Positions 1 to 9,256 of a stretch of 64,000 bases of DNA are shown piece by piece. The notes under the pieces are model-generated. The model was not told where the DNA came from. It searched no databases and saw only the letters and a program-made list of their open reading frames with translations. The stretch is from Dehalococcoidia bacterium (lineage in GTDB: Bacteria; Chloroflexota; Dehalococcoidia; WHTO01). The stretch covers positions 3,528 through 67,527 of the forward strand of contig JBBDXC010000020.1 of NCBI GenBank assembly GCA_040902555.1, read 5' to 3'. Position numbers and translations under genes: made by a program. Numbering within the stretch: the first letter of the stretch is position 1; each line of letters opens with the position of its first letter.

Positions 1-337
1 GTGATACATCGTCGGACCACTCGACGTTGACCGTGTGGACACCCTGGCTCAGGTAGCGGTGCGCCATCAGAGAGAGATAGTCCTCGGCTTCCTGGCGTGC
101 TCGGGACAATGCCTGCGTGCGGTCCTCAATTGTCCGCACTCGAGGCTTCCTGGAGATCGGGACGGCTGCTGGTCCGGCGACATAGGCCATCTGCGCCCGC
201 ATCGTTTCGTGCACTCGGGATGGTTGAAGAACCGTTAACAGGTGAACGTCTGCTCCCGACGCCAACGCCCACAGTGCGACGGCTGCCAGTGCGCCCTCGC
301 CAACCGTCGATCCATCCATTGGTGCAAGGACTCTCAT
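1..337 (-). CDS. universal stress protein (USP) family, runs off the window start
   Basis: Manual translation MRVLAPMDGSTVGEGALAAVALWALASGADVHLLTVL...; GGAGG RBS upstream; not in the ORF track. Confidence 0.75.
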   Translation of the reverse strand, partial: MRVLAPMDGSTVGEGALAAVALWALASGADVHLLTVLQPSRVHETMRAQMAYVAGPAAVPISRKPRVRTIEDRTQALSRARQEAEDYLSLMAHRYLSQGVHTVNVEWSDDVS

Positions 338-365
338 GGCCAATTCCTCCCGCGGGTCCAGCCCG

Positions 366-1034
366 CTACCAATTCGCGATCTTCAGATGATTGGCGACCG
401 CCGTCACCCCAGGCACGGCGGCCGCTGCCCGCTCGGCTTCCTCAAGCTCCGGCCAGGAGCGGACGTGTCCGCTGAGCATCACATGGGTGCTGCCGCTGAC
501 TGTCACCTTCACGTGTGACGCATCTATGACCGCTGCGCGCTCCAGGGCGGCTGTGATTTGACGTTCGACCTCGTCAGCGGAGACGCGGGGTTGCACGGCG
601 AGACGGTTCGACAAAGCGCGCAGCCCGACAAGGTGAGCCAGCGCCTGCGAGGCGCTGGCCACCTGATAGGCCCAATCTACGGTGCCATCGAGGACAACGA
701 CTCCATGGTCGACCGAAACCTGAATGCGGTCCGAGGGCAGCCCGACATCCCATTTGAGCGTATTCACGGCGGCTCGCGCGATGTCGATATCCGTCCGCTC
801 ATCCTCTGGCAATAGGCGCACTTCCAGCTCGTTGACGATGGCTGATGGGCCGGCACGGCGGGCACCCTCTTCTGCCGCCCACTTCTCATGAAAGCTGGAA
901 ACGTGCCCGGCCAGCATAGCGACCTCGCCGTCCACGGCGACGCCGATTCCCGCGGCGACCTCGGCCAGCTCCTCTGTAATCGCCTCTTCGATGCGCTCCC
1001 GGAGCTCGAGGTTGATAGCTGCTACAGCGCTCAT
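366..1034 (-). CDS. BON domain protein (OsmY-like, multiple BON domains)
   Basis: Repeated motifs VDGEVAMLAGHV, VDHGVVVLDGTV, VMLSGHVRSW..AAAAVPGVTAVANHL. Confidence 0.9.
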   Translation of the reverse strand: MSAVAAINLELRERIEEAITEELAEVAAGIGVAVDGEVAMLAGHVSSFHEKWAAEEGARRAGPSAIVNELEVRLLPEDERTDIDIARAAVNTLKWDVGLPSDRIQVSVDHGVVVLDGTVDWAYQVASASQALAHLVGLRALSNRLAVQPRVSADEVERQITAALERAAVIDASHVKVTVSGSTHVMLSGHVRSWPELEEAERAAAAVPGVTAVANHLKIANW

Positions 1035-1131
1035 AGTCCCCTCCATGCTGATCCTCCAAGCTATGCAAGCCGGTGCGTCAGGGCCTTATGGACTACCGGC
1101 GCCGGGCCATTTGGCCCGTCTTCGGCCTGGC

Positions 1132-1460
1132 TCAAGGTGTGATCACAATCCGTCCCCGTACCTCGCCTCGCTTAAGCCGCGCTGGGACTGTGGCAATCTC
1201 AGACAACGGCACGAATTCGGTCTCGACTAGGGTCAGCCGGCCGGTCTCGGCAAGAGAAATGACCTCTCGCAGCTCTTTGATCCTTCCCCACAGCGGGCTC
1301 TCGAACAGGACCTCCAGGGGTTGGTCTCAAGGACGCGCATGCGGGCCTCACCGCCGGCGGGCCAGTCTGCGTCACCTTGCCAGGGTCCGAGTCGCAGAGG
1401 GCAAGGGTAAGGCTCTCGTTCGAGCCCACAAAGTGAAACAAGGCGGCGACCGGGCCAGCA
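1132..1460 (-). pseudogene. C-terminal remnant of a zinc-binding NAD(P)-dependent alcohol dehydrogenase
   Basis: Frameshifted pieces read VAALFHFVGSNESLTLA..GKVTQTG / AGGEARMRVLE / PLEVLFESPLWGRIKELREVISLAETGRL..LKRGEVRGRIVITP*; no N-terminal half. Confidence 0.65.
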
Positions 1461-1532
1461 GAATGGCTGGATCAGGCTTTGGGCGGACTATCGAAGCGGC
1501 AAAGTTCTCAACGCAAACCCCAGTACGCCCCG

Positions 1533-2147
1533 CTAGGCGTACTCCCCGAGAAACGTGCCTCCCAACAGGTGAACGTGCGGCCTCACATCCTCAGCCGCGG
1601 CGCCGCCGGCGAAGTGGCTCAGCAGGCGGAACCCGCCCGGGCTCTCCTTTTGACCGATTTGGACAAGCCGTGAAGTGACGGCCGATGGGTCCGACCAGAA
1701 CTCCTCTTGGGTCTGCGACCGCTTGGGCCTCGCGTGCAGAGTCAGGGTGATCCAGGAGTGCTTGTTGCGATGGATAAGCACCTCTTCGTCCTCATAGAAA
1801 ACCTCCTGCTCCGCCGGCTCGAAATGGTCCAGGAAGGGCTGACTGAGGATGTGGATGTGGGCGTGCGGCTGGCTCTGCATCGCGTCGCCACCGAAGTTTG
1901 CCACGAGCCGGAAGCCCTCGGGTATGTGCCGCCGGCCCAGCTCATAAGCAACGCGTGAGACGGGGCCGGGGTCGCGCCACATCTCCACCTGCGACTTGTG
2001 CTCGGTGGGCACTGCCAGCAGCATCACGGGCACCCACCGCAGGCGGTTGCGGAAGGCGACCACGTCGTCGTCGCGGTGGAAGTACTCCGCAGGCGAGCGC
2101 CCTGCGACTATCTCGCAGAAGACACAGAATGAGGATGAGCTGAACAT
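1533..2147 (-). CDS. HIT family protein with an internally duplicated HIT domain
   Basis: CVFC start, histidine triad HAHIH, second repeat ending HVHLLGG. Confidence 0.8.
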   Translation of the reverse strand: MFSSSSFCVFCEIVAGRSPAEYFHRDDDVVAFRNRLRWVPVMLLAVPTEHKSQVEMWRDPGPVSRVAYELGRRHIPEGFRLVANFGGDAMQSQPHAHIHILSQPFLDHFEPAEQEVFYEDEEVLIHRNKHSWITLTLHARPKRSQTQEEFWSDPSAVTSRLVQIGQKESPGGFRLLSHFAGGAAAEDVRPHVHLLGGTFLGEYA

Positions 2148-2213
2148 CGTGACGCGAGGCGGCCCCGCCTCCCGAGCCTTAGCAGCGCCGGGCGATGCGT
2201 CAAGGGAGGACCG

Positions 2214-3467
2214 TTGGTAGACTTCCGGCCCTTTCGCGGCCTGCGCTACACCGCGAAGGCCGGTCCCCTCTCGGAGCTGATTTCGCCACCCTATGACGTT
2301 CTTTCCCTCGAGCAGGTGGACCAGCTTCGCGCCCGGAACCCCGCCAACGTCATCCAACTCGAGCACCCTGCCGTTGCTCTGCGTCGCGAGCCCCAGCCAT
2401 ACGCCGCCGCGGCGCGAAAGCTGGCGGAGTGGCGTGACCAGGGCCTCCTACGGCGCGATGAGGCGCCGGGGTACTACGTCTACGATCAACACTTCGTTGA
2501 GGGCGGGGACGAGAGGCGGCGCACCGTCATCTACGGGCGGCTGCGGCTCTCTCCATGGGAGCAAGGCGAAGTGCTTCCGCACGAGTACACGATGGCCGGG
2601 CCGAAGCAGGATCGCCTCCAGCTCATGGAGGCCCTCCGGGCGAACATCAGCCCCCTCTATCTGCTCTATGATGACCCTGACGGGCACCTGACCAGACTCG
2701 TCCGCCGGGCCGAAGAGTTTGGCCCCGTGGCCGAAGCTGAGGGGACCGGCGAACGACACGTCCTCCGCCTCCTCAACGATCCGGTAATAGTCGGCTCCCT
2801 CGAGCAGGAGTTCGTCCGCAAGCGGCTCTACATGGCCGACGGACACCACCGCTACGAGACGGCTGTTGCCTTCCGTGAGCGCCACCCCGACGAGCCGGGA
2901 GCGGGCTTTGCCATGGTTGGCCTGACCGCCGGCAGCGACCTCGGCCTGTCTGTACACGCAACTCATAGGCTCTATTCGGGAGACGTGGACGGGCGCGAGC
3001 TGAGGGAGAAAATGACGGGCGACTGGGCCATCGAAGCCGTGACCGAGGCCGACCTTCTTCATAGGCTCGAAGGCCCTAATGCCGTCTTGGGAGTCGCGGG
3101 GCTAGAAGACCGAGAGACGCTGTACCTACTTCGTCCACTCCACCTCGACGAGCTTGCCGCGAGGGTCGGGGAGGGACCCGAAGTGTGGAGGAGGCTCGAT
3201 GTGAACCTTCTCCAACATGTAATTCTGGGAGAGTACCTCGGTCTCGACCCCACGGAGCCGAACCAGCCCGGGCTCAGCTACGTGCACACGGCCGAGGAGG
3301 CGATTGCAGCCGTCCGGGAGGGTAAGACCGAGCTTGCCTTCCTCCTCCGCCCAATCAGCCCTCGCGAGCTGTTCGCCGTCTCCGACACAGGCGTCCGCCT
3401 GCCGCAGAAGAGCACGTACTTCTATCCGAAACTCCCGACCGGTCTGGTGCTGAATCCCTTGGACTAG
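2214..3467 (+). CDS. DUF1015 family protein
   Basis: FRPFRGLRY, SPPYDV, LPHEYT, YMADGHHRYETA, PQKSTYFYPKL; typical serA neighbour. Confidence 0.9.
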   Translation: MVDFRPFRGLRYTAKAGPLSELISPPYDVLSLEQVDQLRARNPANVIQLEHPAVALRREPQPYAAAARKLAEWRDQGLLRRDEAPGYYVYDQHFVEGGDERRRTVIYGRLRLSPWEQGEVLPHEYTMAGPKQDRLQLMEALRANISPLYLLYDDPDGHLTRLVRRAEEFGPVAEAEGTGERHVLRLLNDPVIVGSLEQEFVRKRLYMADGHHRYETAVAFRERHPDEPGAGFAMVGLTAGSDLGLSVHATHRLYSGDVDGRELREKMTGDWAIEAVTEADLLHRLEGPNAVLGVAGLEDRETLYLLRPLHLDELAARVGEGPEVWRRLDVNLLQHVILGEYLGLDPTEPNQPGLSYVHTAEEAIAAVREGKTELAFLLRPISPRELFAVSDTGVRLPQKSTYFYPKLPTGLVLNPLD

Positions 3468-3808
3468 GGCTTGTCGTATTTCGGCTGGTAGAGCTGGACG
3501 GAGCCGCCGCCCGGGAGTTCAAATCGTGTTTCGTAACCCCAACCCTGGTCGCTGACCTCGCGCAGGAACTTGACGCCCTTGCCTTCTAGCTCGGCGACGG
3601 TGGCGTGGATGTCGTCGCAGTAGAAGGACACCTCGTGATGGACATCCCCCGGCGGCGCCGGGTGGACTCCGAAGTCTGCCTCGGGCGCCTGGAAAATCAG
3701 CCAGCCGTCACCGGCGTCGTTGCTGGGGAAGCCCAGGACATCGCGGAAGAACGCCCGCGCCTTCTCGGCATCGGATGCGAAGAAGAGGCCGTGCATGCCT
3801 TTGATCAA
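3464..3808 (-). CDS. VOC/glyoxalase family protein
   Basis: ARAFFRDVLG, FYCDDIHATVAEL, DQGWG motifs. Confidence 0.85.
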   Translation of the reverse strand: MIKGMHGLFFASDAEKARAFFRDVLGFPSNDAGDGWLIFQAPEADFGVHPAPPGDVHHEVSFYCDDIHATVAELEGKGVKFLREVSDQGWGYETRFELPGGGSVQLYQPKYDKP

Positions 3809-3819
3809 TTGACCACCTC

Positions 3820-5397
3820 CTAGATGCGCGCCTGCTTGGCCGAGTAGAGGCCGGATATCGAGCTGAGGGTCAAGAGCTGCTCATCATTCAACGGCTCGTC
3901 GATGACCAGGACCATCATGGCGTGGCCCCGCTTGGTTTCGCGCCCCACATTCATGAACGACACATTGATGTCGAACTCGCCCAGGAGGTTCCCGACCGCG
4001 CCGATCATCCCGGGGCGGTCCATGTTGTCGCAGACGATAAGGTAACCCTCGGCGGGGGGCACGCTGACCGCGAACTCGTTGATCGAAACGATGTGCGGGC
4101 CGCCGTGGGCATAGGTGCCGCCGACGCTGATCGTGCCCTCGCCGGCGCTGAGACGGACGGTAATCAAGTTCGAGAACGTGCCGTTGGCGTCCCCGGAGGT
4201 TTCGCGGATGTGCAGGCCCCGGCTCTCTGCAACGAGGCCGGCGTTGACGATGGTCACGTTCTCTTCCGAGATCGGCGCCAGCAGGCCCCGGACCACGGCC
4301 GCTCTCAATGGCGTGTGGTCCAGCAGGGCGATGTCGCCGTCGTAGAGGATCTCGACGTTGTGGAGCTGGCCCTCGGCGAGCTGTGTTGCTAGCGAGCCGA
4401 GCATCGAGGCGACCTCCATGTAGGGCGCCAACTCCGTCATCGTCTCCGGCGCGATCAGCGGCGCGTTGACAGCGTACCTCGCCGGGCGGTTGGCGAGGAC
4501 CTCGACCACCTGCTCGGCCACGTCGATCGAGACGCGTTCCTGGGCCTCGGTCGTCGATGCACCCAGGTGCGGCGTGAGGATCATGCCGGGCAAGGCTCGC
4601 AGCGGGCTCTCGCCCAGCGGCTCCTCCTCGAATACGTCGAGCGCCGCGCCGGCGATCACGCCATCGCGCACGGCGTCGTGCAGCGCCCGCTCGTCGATGA
4701 TGCCGCCGCGAGAGGTGTTGATGATGCGCGCGCCGGGCTTCATCGACTTGAGCTCCTTCTCGCCAATCAAGTGCTTGGTCTGCGGGTTCAGCGTCACGTG
4801 CAGGGTCACGTAATCGGCCTGCTTGAGTAGCGCGTCTTTGGCCACGAGCTCGACGCCTATCGAGGCGGCGCGTTCTTCGGTGACGAAGGGGTCGAAGCCG
4901 ATCAGGTGCATATCCAGGCCCGCCGCTCGACGCGCCACTTCGGCGCCGACCTGGCCAAGCCCAATCAGGCCCAGTGTCTTTCCACGGACTTCGGTGCCGA
5001 GGAAGCGCTTGCGGTCCCAGACGCCGGCCTTCATCGTGGCGTCTGCCTCCGGGATGTGGCGCGAAAGCGCCAACATCATGGCGATCGTGTGCTCGGCGGC
5101 GGAGATTGTGTTGCCTGTCGGCGCGTTAACGACGATGATCCCGCGCTGTGTCGCCGCCGGGATGTCGATGTTGTCGACGCCCACCCCCGCCCGCGCGACG
5201 ACCTTCAGACTTCGCGCAGCTGCCAGCAGCTCGGAATTCACCTTTGTCTCGCTGCGCACTATCAGCGCCTCGTACTCGGGGATGATCCGCACCAGCTCCT
5301 CAGGCGGCAGGCCGGTGCGGACGTCAACCTCCGCATGTCGCCGCAGCAGCTCGATGCCGTCCTCGGCGATGGGGTCGCTAACTAAAACCTTGGGCAT
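3820..5397 (-). CDS. serA: D-3-phosphoglycerate dehydrogenase
   Basis: RAGVGVDNID, GLGQVG Rossmann motif, TPHLGAST, C-terminal ACT domain (DRPGMIG); start set at MPKVLVSDP. Confidence 0.95.
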   Translation of the reverse strand: MPKVLVSDPIAEDGIELLRRHAEVDVRTGLPPEELVRIIPEYEALIVRSETKVNSELLAAARSLKVVARAGVGVDNIDIPAATQRGIIVVNAPTGNTISAAEHTIAMMLALSRHIPEADATMKAGVWDRKRFLGTEVRGKTLGLIGLGQVGAEVARRAAGLDMHLIGFDPFVTEERAASIGVELVAKDALLKQADYVTLHVTLNPQTKHLIGEKELKSMKPGARIINTSRGGIIDERALHDAVRDGVIAGAALDVFEEEPLGESPLRALPGMILTPHLGASTTEAQERVSIDVAEQVVEVLANRPARYAVNAPLIAPETMTELAPYMEVASMLGSLATQLAEGQLHNVEILYDGDIALLDHTPLRAAVVRGLLAPISEENVTIVNAGLVAESRGLHIRETSGDANGTFSNLITVRLSAGEGTISVGGTYAHGGPHIVSINEFAVSVPPAEGYLIVCDNMDRPGMIGAVGNLLGEFDINVSFMNVGRETKRGHAMMVLVIDEPLNDEQLLTLSSISGLYSAKQARI

Positions 5398-5464
5398 CTT
5401 CTTTTTCCTAACAGAAGGGGCCTCCCTGCGGAGGCCCCGTGAGTGCTTTTGGTGGTCTCCTCGG

Positions 5465-6580
5465 TCAGGCGGTGGCGCCGACTCCCGAGCGGGAATAGCC
5501 GAGCGCACCGAGACCGCGCTGGAGGACATCCAGCGAAATGTCGATGTCTGCGTCGCTTACCAGCCCAAGGTGGCCGATGCGGATAATCTTGCCGGTCAAC
5601 TTGCCCTGGCCGCCCTGGAACTCGACGCCGAGCTCATCGCGGCAGTAGGCAATGAGCTTGCTCGAGTCGACGCCTTCCGGTGGGTAGGCGGCCGTGACGG
5701 TGTTCGAAGCGTATCTCTCATCGAGCGGGACGAGCTTGAAGCCGAGCTCCTTAACGCCGACGCGGGTGCGGTCCGCCAGGCGCTGGTGCCGGTCAAGGAT
5801 GGCCTGGAGCCCTTCCCGCTCCAGCAGCTCGAAGGCTGCATCGAGGGCGAAGTAGCAGGAAATGGCGGGCGTCCAGGGCGGCTCGCCCTTCTCGCCGTAG
5901 CTCTTGTACTGACCGAGGTCGAAGTAGAGCTTGGGCATCGTGGACTGCTCGTAGGCCTGCCAGCCCCTCGGGCTGACCGAAACGAAGGAGATTCCGGGCG
6001 GGACCATCCAGCCCTTCTGCGAGCCCGTGCCGACGAAGTCGAGCTGCCATTCGTCGACCGGGCAATGGATCGAGCTTAGCGAGCTGATGGCATCGACCAG
6101 GATGAGCTTGTCGAACTCCTTGACCGCCGCGGCGATCTCACCGAGGGGGTTCGTGGTGCCGGTGGAGGTCTCGTTGTGCGTAACGAGCACCGCCTTTATG
6201 GACGGGTCGTTGCGCAGGGCATCGCGGATAGCGTCGGGGTCGGCAACGTCGCCCCATTCGCAGTTAAGCTGCGTGACGTCGGCGCCGAAGATCTCCGCGA
6301 TCTTGGCGAAACGGTCGCCGAAGGCGCCGATGCTGACGGCCAAAACACGGTCGCCGGCCGACAGGGCGTTGACGACCATCGCCTCCATGACGCCGGTGCC
6401 GGAGGCGCTCACGATGTAGACGTCGTTCGTGGTTTGGAAGTATTTCTGAAGCTTCTCGGTCAGGCGCTTCTGGGTGGAAGTGAACTCCGGGCCCCTGTGA
6501 TTGATCATCTCGTGGGACATCGCCGCGAGGACCTCGGGGGGGCAGGGGGTGGGGCCGGGGATGCGCAGATTTAGGGACAA
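5465..6580 (-). CDS. class V PLP aminotransferase (alanine-glyoxylate/serine-pyruvate type), probable phosphoserine aminotransferase role
   Basis: PGPT, HNETSTG, VDAISS, GSQKG, IRIGHLG; TTG start after GGAGG; upstream of serA. Confidence 0.9.
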   Translation of the reverse strand: MSLNLRIPGPTPCPPEVLAAMSHEMINHRGPEFTSTQKRLTEKLQKYFQTTNDVYIVSASGTGVMEAMVVNALSAGDRVLAVSIGAFGDRFAKIAEIFGADVTQLNCEWGDVADPDAIRDALRNDPSIKAVLVTHNETSTGTTNPLGEIAAAVKEFDKLILVDAISSLSSIHCPVDEWQLDFVGTGSQKGWMVPPGISFVSVSPRGWQAYEQSTMPKLYFDLGQYKSYGEKGEPPWTPAISCYFALDAAFELLEREGLQAILDRHQRLADRTRVGVKELGFKLVPLDERYASNTVTAAYPPEGVDSSKLIAYCRDELGVEFQGGQGKLTGKIIRIGHLGLVSDADIDISLDVLQRGLGALGYSRSGVGATA

Positions 6581-6693
6581 GCGAACCTCCTGTTGGGACA
6601 CCCTCATCCTACGAAAGGGGCTTCCCGCGCGCTATCTGGCACATCATGCAAGAAGTGGCACATCCTCGAGATCTGTGCCACAATTGGCTGGTC

Positions 6694-6954
6694 ATGACAA
6701 GTACCGCTAGCGCGATAAAAGTGGGACCGCAGGGTCGGGTGGTCATCCCGGCCGAGCTTAGACGCGCCATGGACCTTCGGACCGGCGACACCTTGATGGC
6801 CTATTTGGACGATGGACGACTGGTACTGGAAACGCCCGAGCAAATCTGGGACCGACTTGAGGATCTGTTCAAACACGTCCCCAGCGACGTGAGCCTGGTC
6901 GATGAGTTGATCCGGGAGCGACGTGAGGAGGCGGAGCGAGAAAGCCGCGAGTGA
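6694..6954 (+). CDS. AbrB/MazE-family antitoxin
   Basis: KVGPQGRVVIPAELRRAMDLRTGD motif; stop overlaps start of the PIN gene. Confidence 0.9.
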   Translation: MTSTASAIKVGPQGRVVIPAELRRAMDLRTGDTLMAYLDDGRLVLETPEQIWDRLEDLFKHVPSDVSLVDELIRERREEAERESRE

Positions 6955-7367
6955 ACGGCGATCCGCGTTTCGTGCTTGATGCCTCAGCCCTGCTCGCCGC
7001 CATTCGCCGCGAGGAAGGCGGGGAGATTGTGCGCCGCCTTGCTATGGATTCCGCCATTTCCACGGTCAACTGGTCGGAAGTCCTGCAAAAGTCGCTGGCC
7101 TATGCCGTAACCCTCGAGAGGGCGAAGCTGTTCCTTCGCGCTCTGCGGATAACGATTGTTCCGTTCTCGGAAGAGGACGCGGAAACGACTGCCGCACTAT
7201 GGCCAGACACGCGGCAGGCCGGATTGTCGCTCGCCGACCGCGCATGCATCGCCCTCGCTTCTCGTCTTGAGGCCGTTGCGGTTACGTCGGACAGCAAGTG
7301 GACAGAACTCAACTTGCCAATTCAAGTCCGCTTAATCCGCGAGCGGCGATCCCGCCCGTCGAGTTGA
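6951..7367 (+). CDS. vapC: VapC-type PIN domain toxin
   Basis: VLDASALLA, STVNWSEV, LSLADRACIALA, VTSD acidic motifs. Confidence 0.9.
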   Translation: MNGDPRFVLDASALLAAIRREEGGEIVRRLAMDSAISTVNWSEVLQKSLAYAVTLERAKLFLRALRITIVPFSEEDAETTAALWPDTRQAGLSLADRACIALASRLEAVAVTSDSKWTELNLPIQVRLIRERRSRPSS

Positions 7368-7437
7368 ACGCAACAGCCGGCGTGTGCCGGGTGGCCCGAA
7401 GCGGCACATCCCTACGCGTTTGTGGCACGCTTGCGCT

Positions 7438-7641
7438 ATGGGTTCGAACCATGACGAGGCTGAGGACAGTGTGGAAACCCGGGAGCAAATCATCGAGCGG
7501 ATCCAGGCCGCCTTCGGCCCTCTCCCGCCGGGTGTCAGCGTGGTCGATGAACTGCTAGCGGAACGTCGCGAAGAGTTTCGCCGCGAGGCAGAATGGATGG
7601 ATCGCCCGCCCCTGAAGGCAGAGGACGACCCTCTCCATTGA
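7438..7641 (+). CDS. small protein homologous to the C-terminal half of the upstream antitoxin
   Basis: ETREQIIERIQAAFGPLPPGVSVVDELLAERREE aligns with ETPEQIWDRLEDLFKHVPSDVSLVDELIRERREE. Confidence 0.65.
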   Translation: MGSNHDEAEDSVETREQIIERIQAAFGPLPPGVSVVDELLAERREEFRREAEWMDRPPLKAEDDPLH

Positions 7642-7645
7642 TCCG

Positions 7646-9256
7646 CTAGCGGCGGCCCGGCCCGTATAGCGTCCGGCCCGCCAGGTTTCCGGCGAACTCG
7701 CCGTCGCGTAGCGTTACGACGCCGTTGACGATGACATCACGGACGCCCACCGCGTACTGCTGCGGGGCGTCGTAAGTCGAGCGGTCGGCCACAGTGTCCG
7801 GGTCGAAAATGACGATGTCGGCGAAGTGGCCCTCAGCGAGGCGCCCGCGCCGGTCGAGGCCGAGATTTCCCGCAGGCAGGCTGGTCATCCGGCGCACCGC
7901 CTCCGGTAGCGAGAGCAGCTTCTCCTCGCGCACGTACCTTCCCAGGACGCGCGCGAAGCACCCGTAGGCGCGCGGGTGAGTCGATGTCTTGAGGAAGACA
8001 CCCTCCGGCGCCGTCGAGGGCGAGTCCGAGCCGAAGGATACCCACGGCTGCTGCATGACCAGCCGCATGTTGTCCTCGGAAATCATGAAGTAGGCCGTAT
8101 CGACCCGTGAGCGGTCGCGGGCGACCAGGTCGAACAGGGCCTCAAGCGGGTCCGTGCCCTCCATCTCGGCGACCTGGGCCAGCGTCTTGCCCTGGTACTT
8201 CCGATTCTCGTCCTTGCGTGTGCCGAGAATCAGCACGCCCTCCGGCCCGCCAGCGCCGGCGTAGAGATTCTCCCAGTCAACGCCCTCGGTCGACTGGATC
8301 GCTTGACGCATCTCGGCGCGAGCTGCTGGATCCGCCAGCCGCTCGTAGAGCTTGGGCGAGCCACCCTCGTGGAACCAGGGCGGGATGCAGTTCGAGAGAC
8401 CAGTGGCGCCGGCTGTATAGGGGTAGATATCGGCCGTAATCTTCAGGCCTTCGGCCCGGGCGGCCTCCACCCTGTCGATGGCGGCCTGCATCTTGTCCCA
8501 GTTGGTCTGGCCAGCCGCCTTGAAGTGCCAGATCTCGGCCGGCAGGCCAGCTTCGCGCGAGATCCTTACCAGCTCATCGATGGCCTCGAGCAGGCGCGTG
8601 CTCTCCGAGCGCATGTGCGAGATGTACTTGCCCCGGTAACGCGCGGCCACCTTCGCCAGCTCGATCAGCTCCTCGGTCGAGAAGAAAAACGCCGGCGGAT
8701 AGATCAGCGAGGTCCCCAGGCCGAGCGCCCCGTCCGCCATCTCCTCCGCGAAGACCGCGCACATCGTCGCCATCTCCTCCCTGGTCGCCGGCCGGTTCTC
8801 GTGCCCGGGCCCGTGCATGCGCAACGTGGCCTCGCCGACGAAGGAGGCGAAGTTCTGGGAGGTACCTTTCTGCTGGAGATAGGCGAGGCACTCAGAGAGG
8901 CGCGTCCACGGGACGTCGAACTTCCAGACCGTCTGCTTCTCGACCAGCAGTCGGCGCTCCTCGGGAGTCAGCGGCCCGGGTGAGTTGCCCTCGCCGATGA
9001 TCTGGGTGGTTACGCCCTGCTTTAGCTCGCTCATCGAGCGGGGGTCGACCAGCACCGAGTAGTACGAGTGGCTGAGCATATTGATGAAACCCGGCGCCAC
9101 GGCCAGCCCGGTTGCCTCGACCACCTGGGCACCATCGGCATCAAGGCCCGGGGCAACGGCCGCGATCTGGTCGCCAGTTATCGCCAGGTCGGCGGCGTAC
9201 GGCTCTCCGCCGAGGCCGTCGTAGATAGTCCCGCTGCGGACTACGAGGTCAAACAC
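7646..9256 (-). CDS. N-acyl-D-amino-acid deacylase (amidohydrolase family)
   Basis: APGFINMLSHS, SHMRSE, YPYTAG, GSD, HPRAYG, ADIVIFDP. Confidence 0.9.
   Translation of the reverse strand: MFDLVVRSGTIYDGLGGEPYAADLAITGDQIAAVAPGLDADGAQVVEATGLAVAPGFINMLSHSYYSVLVDPRSMSELKQGVTTQIIGEGNSPGPLTPEERRLLVEKQTVWKFDVPWTRLSECLAYLQQKGTSQNFASFVGEATLRMHGPGHENRPATREEMATMCAVFAEEMADGALGLGTSLIYPPAFFFSTEELIELAKVAARYRGKYISHMRSESTRLLEAIDELVRISREAGLPAEIWHFKAAGQTNWDKMQAAIDRVEAARAEGLKITADIYPYTAGATGLSNCIPPWFHEGGSPKLYERLADPAARAEMRQAIQSTEGVDWENLYAGAGGPEGVLILGTRKDENRKYQGKTLAQVAEMEGTDPLEALFDLVARDRSRVDTAYFMISEDNMRLVMQQPWVSFGSDSPSTAPEGVFLKTSTHPRAYGCFARVLGRYVREEKLLSLPEAVRRMTSLPAGNLGLDRRGRLAEGHFADIVIFDPDTVADRSTYDAPQQYAVGVRDVIVNGVVTLRDGEFAGNLAGRTLYGPGRR

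Noticed and set aside
1050-1530. ncRNA (tmRNA, RNase P or SRP) in this intergenic region
   Set aside because: No signature motifs; the region is explained by an alcohol dehydrogenase remnant
4823-6079. Long antisense ORFs (also 9265-11109, 25701-26735, 32742-33804, 45066-46007)
   Set aside because: Shadow ORFs opposite well-supported genes in GC-rich DNA, with no recognisable motifs
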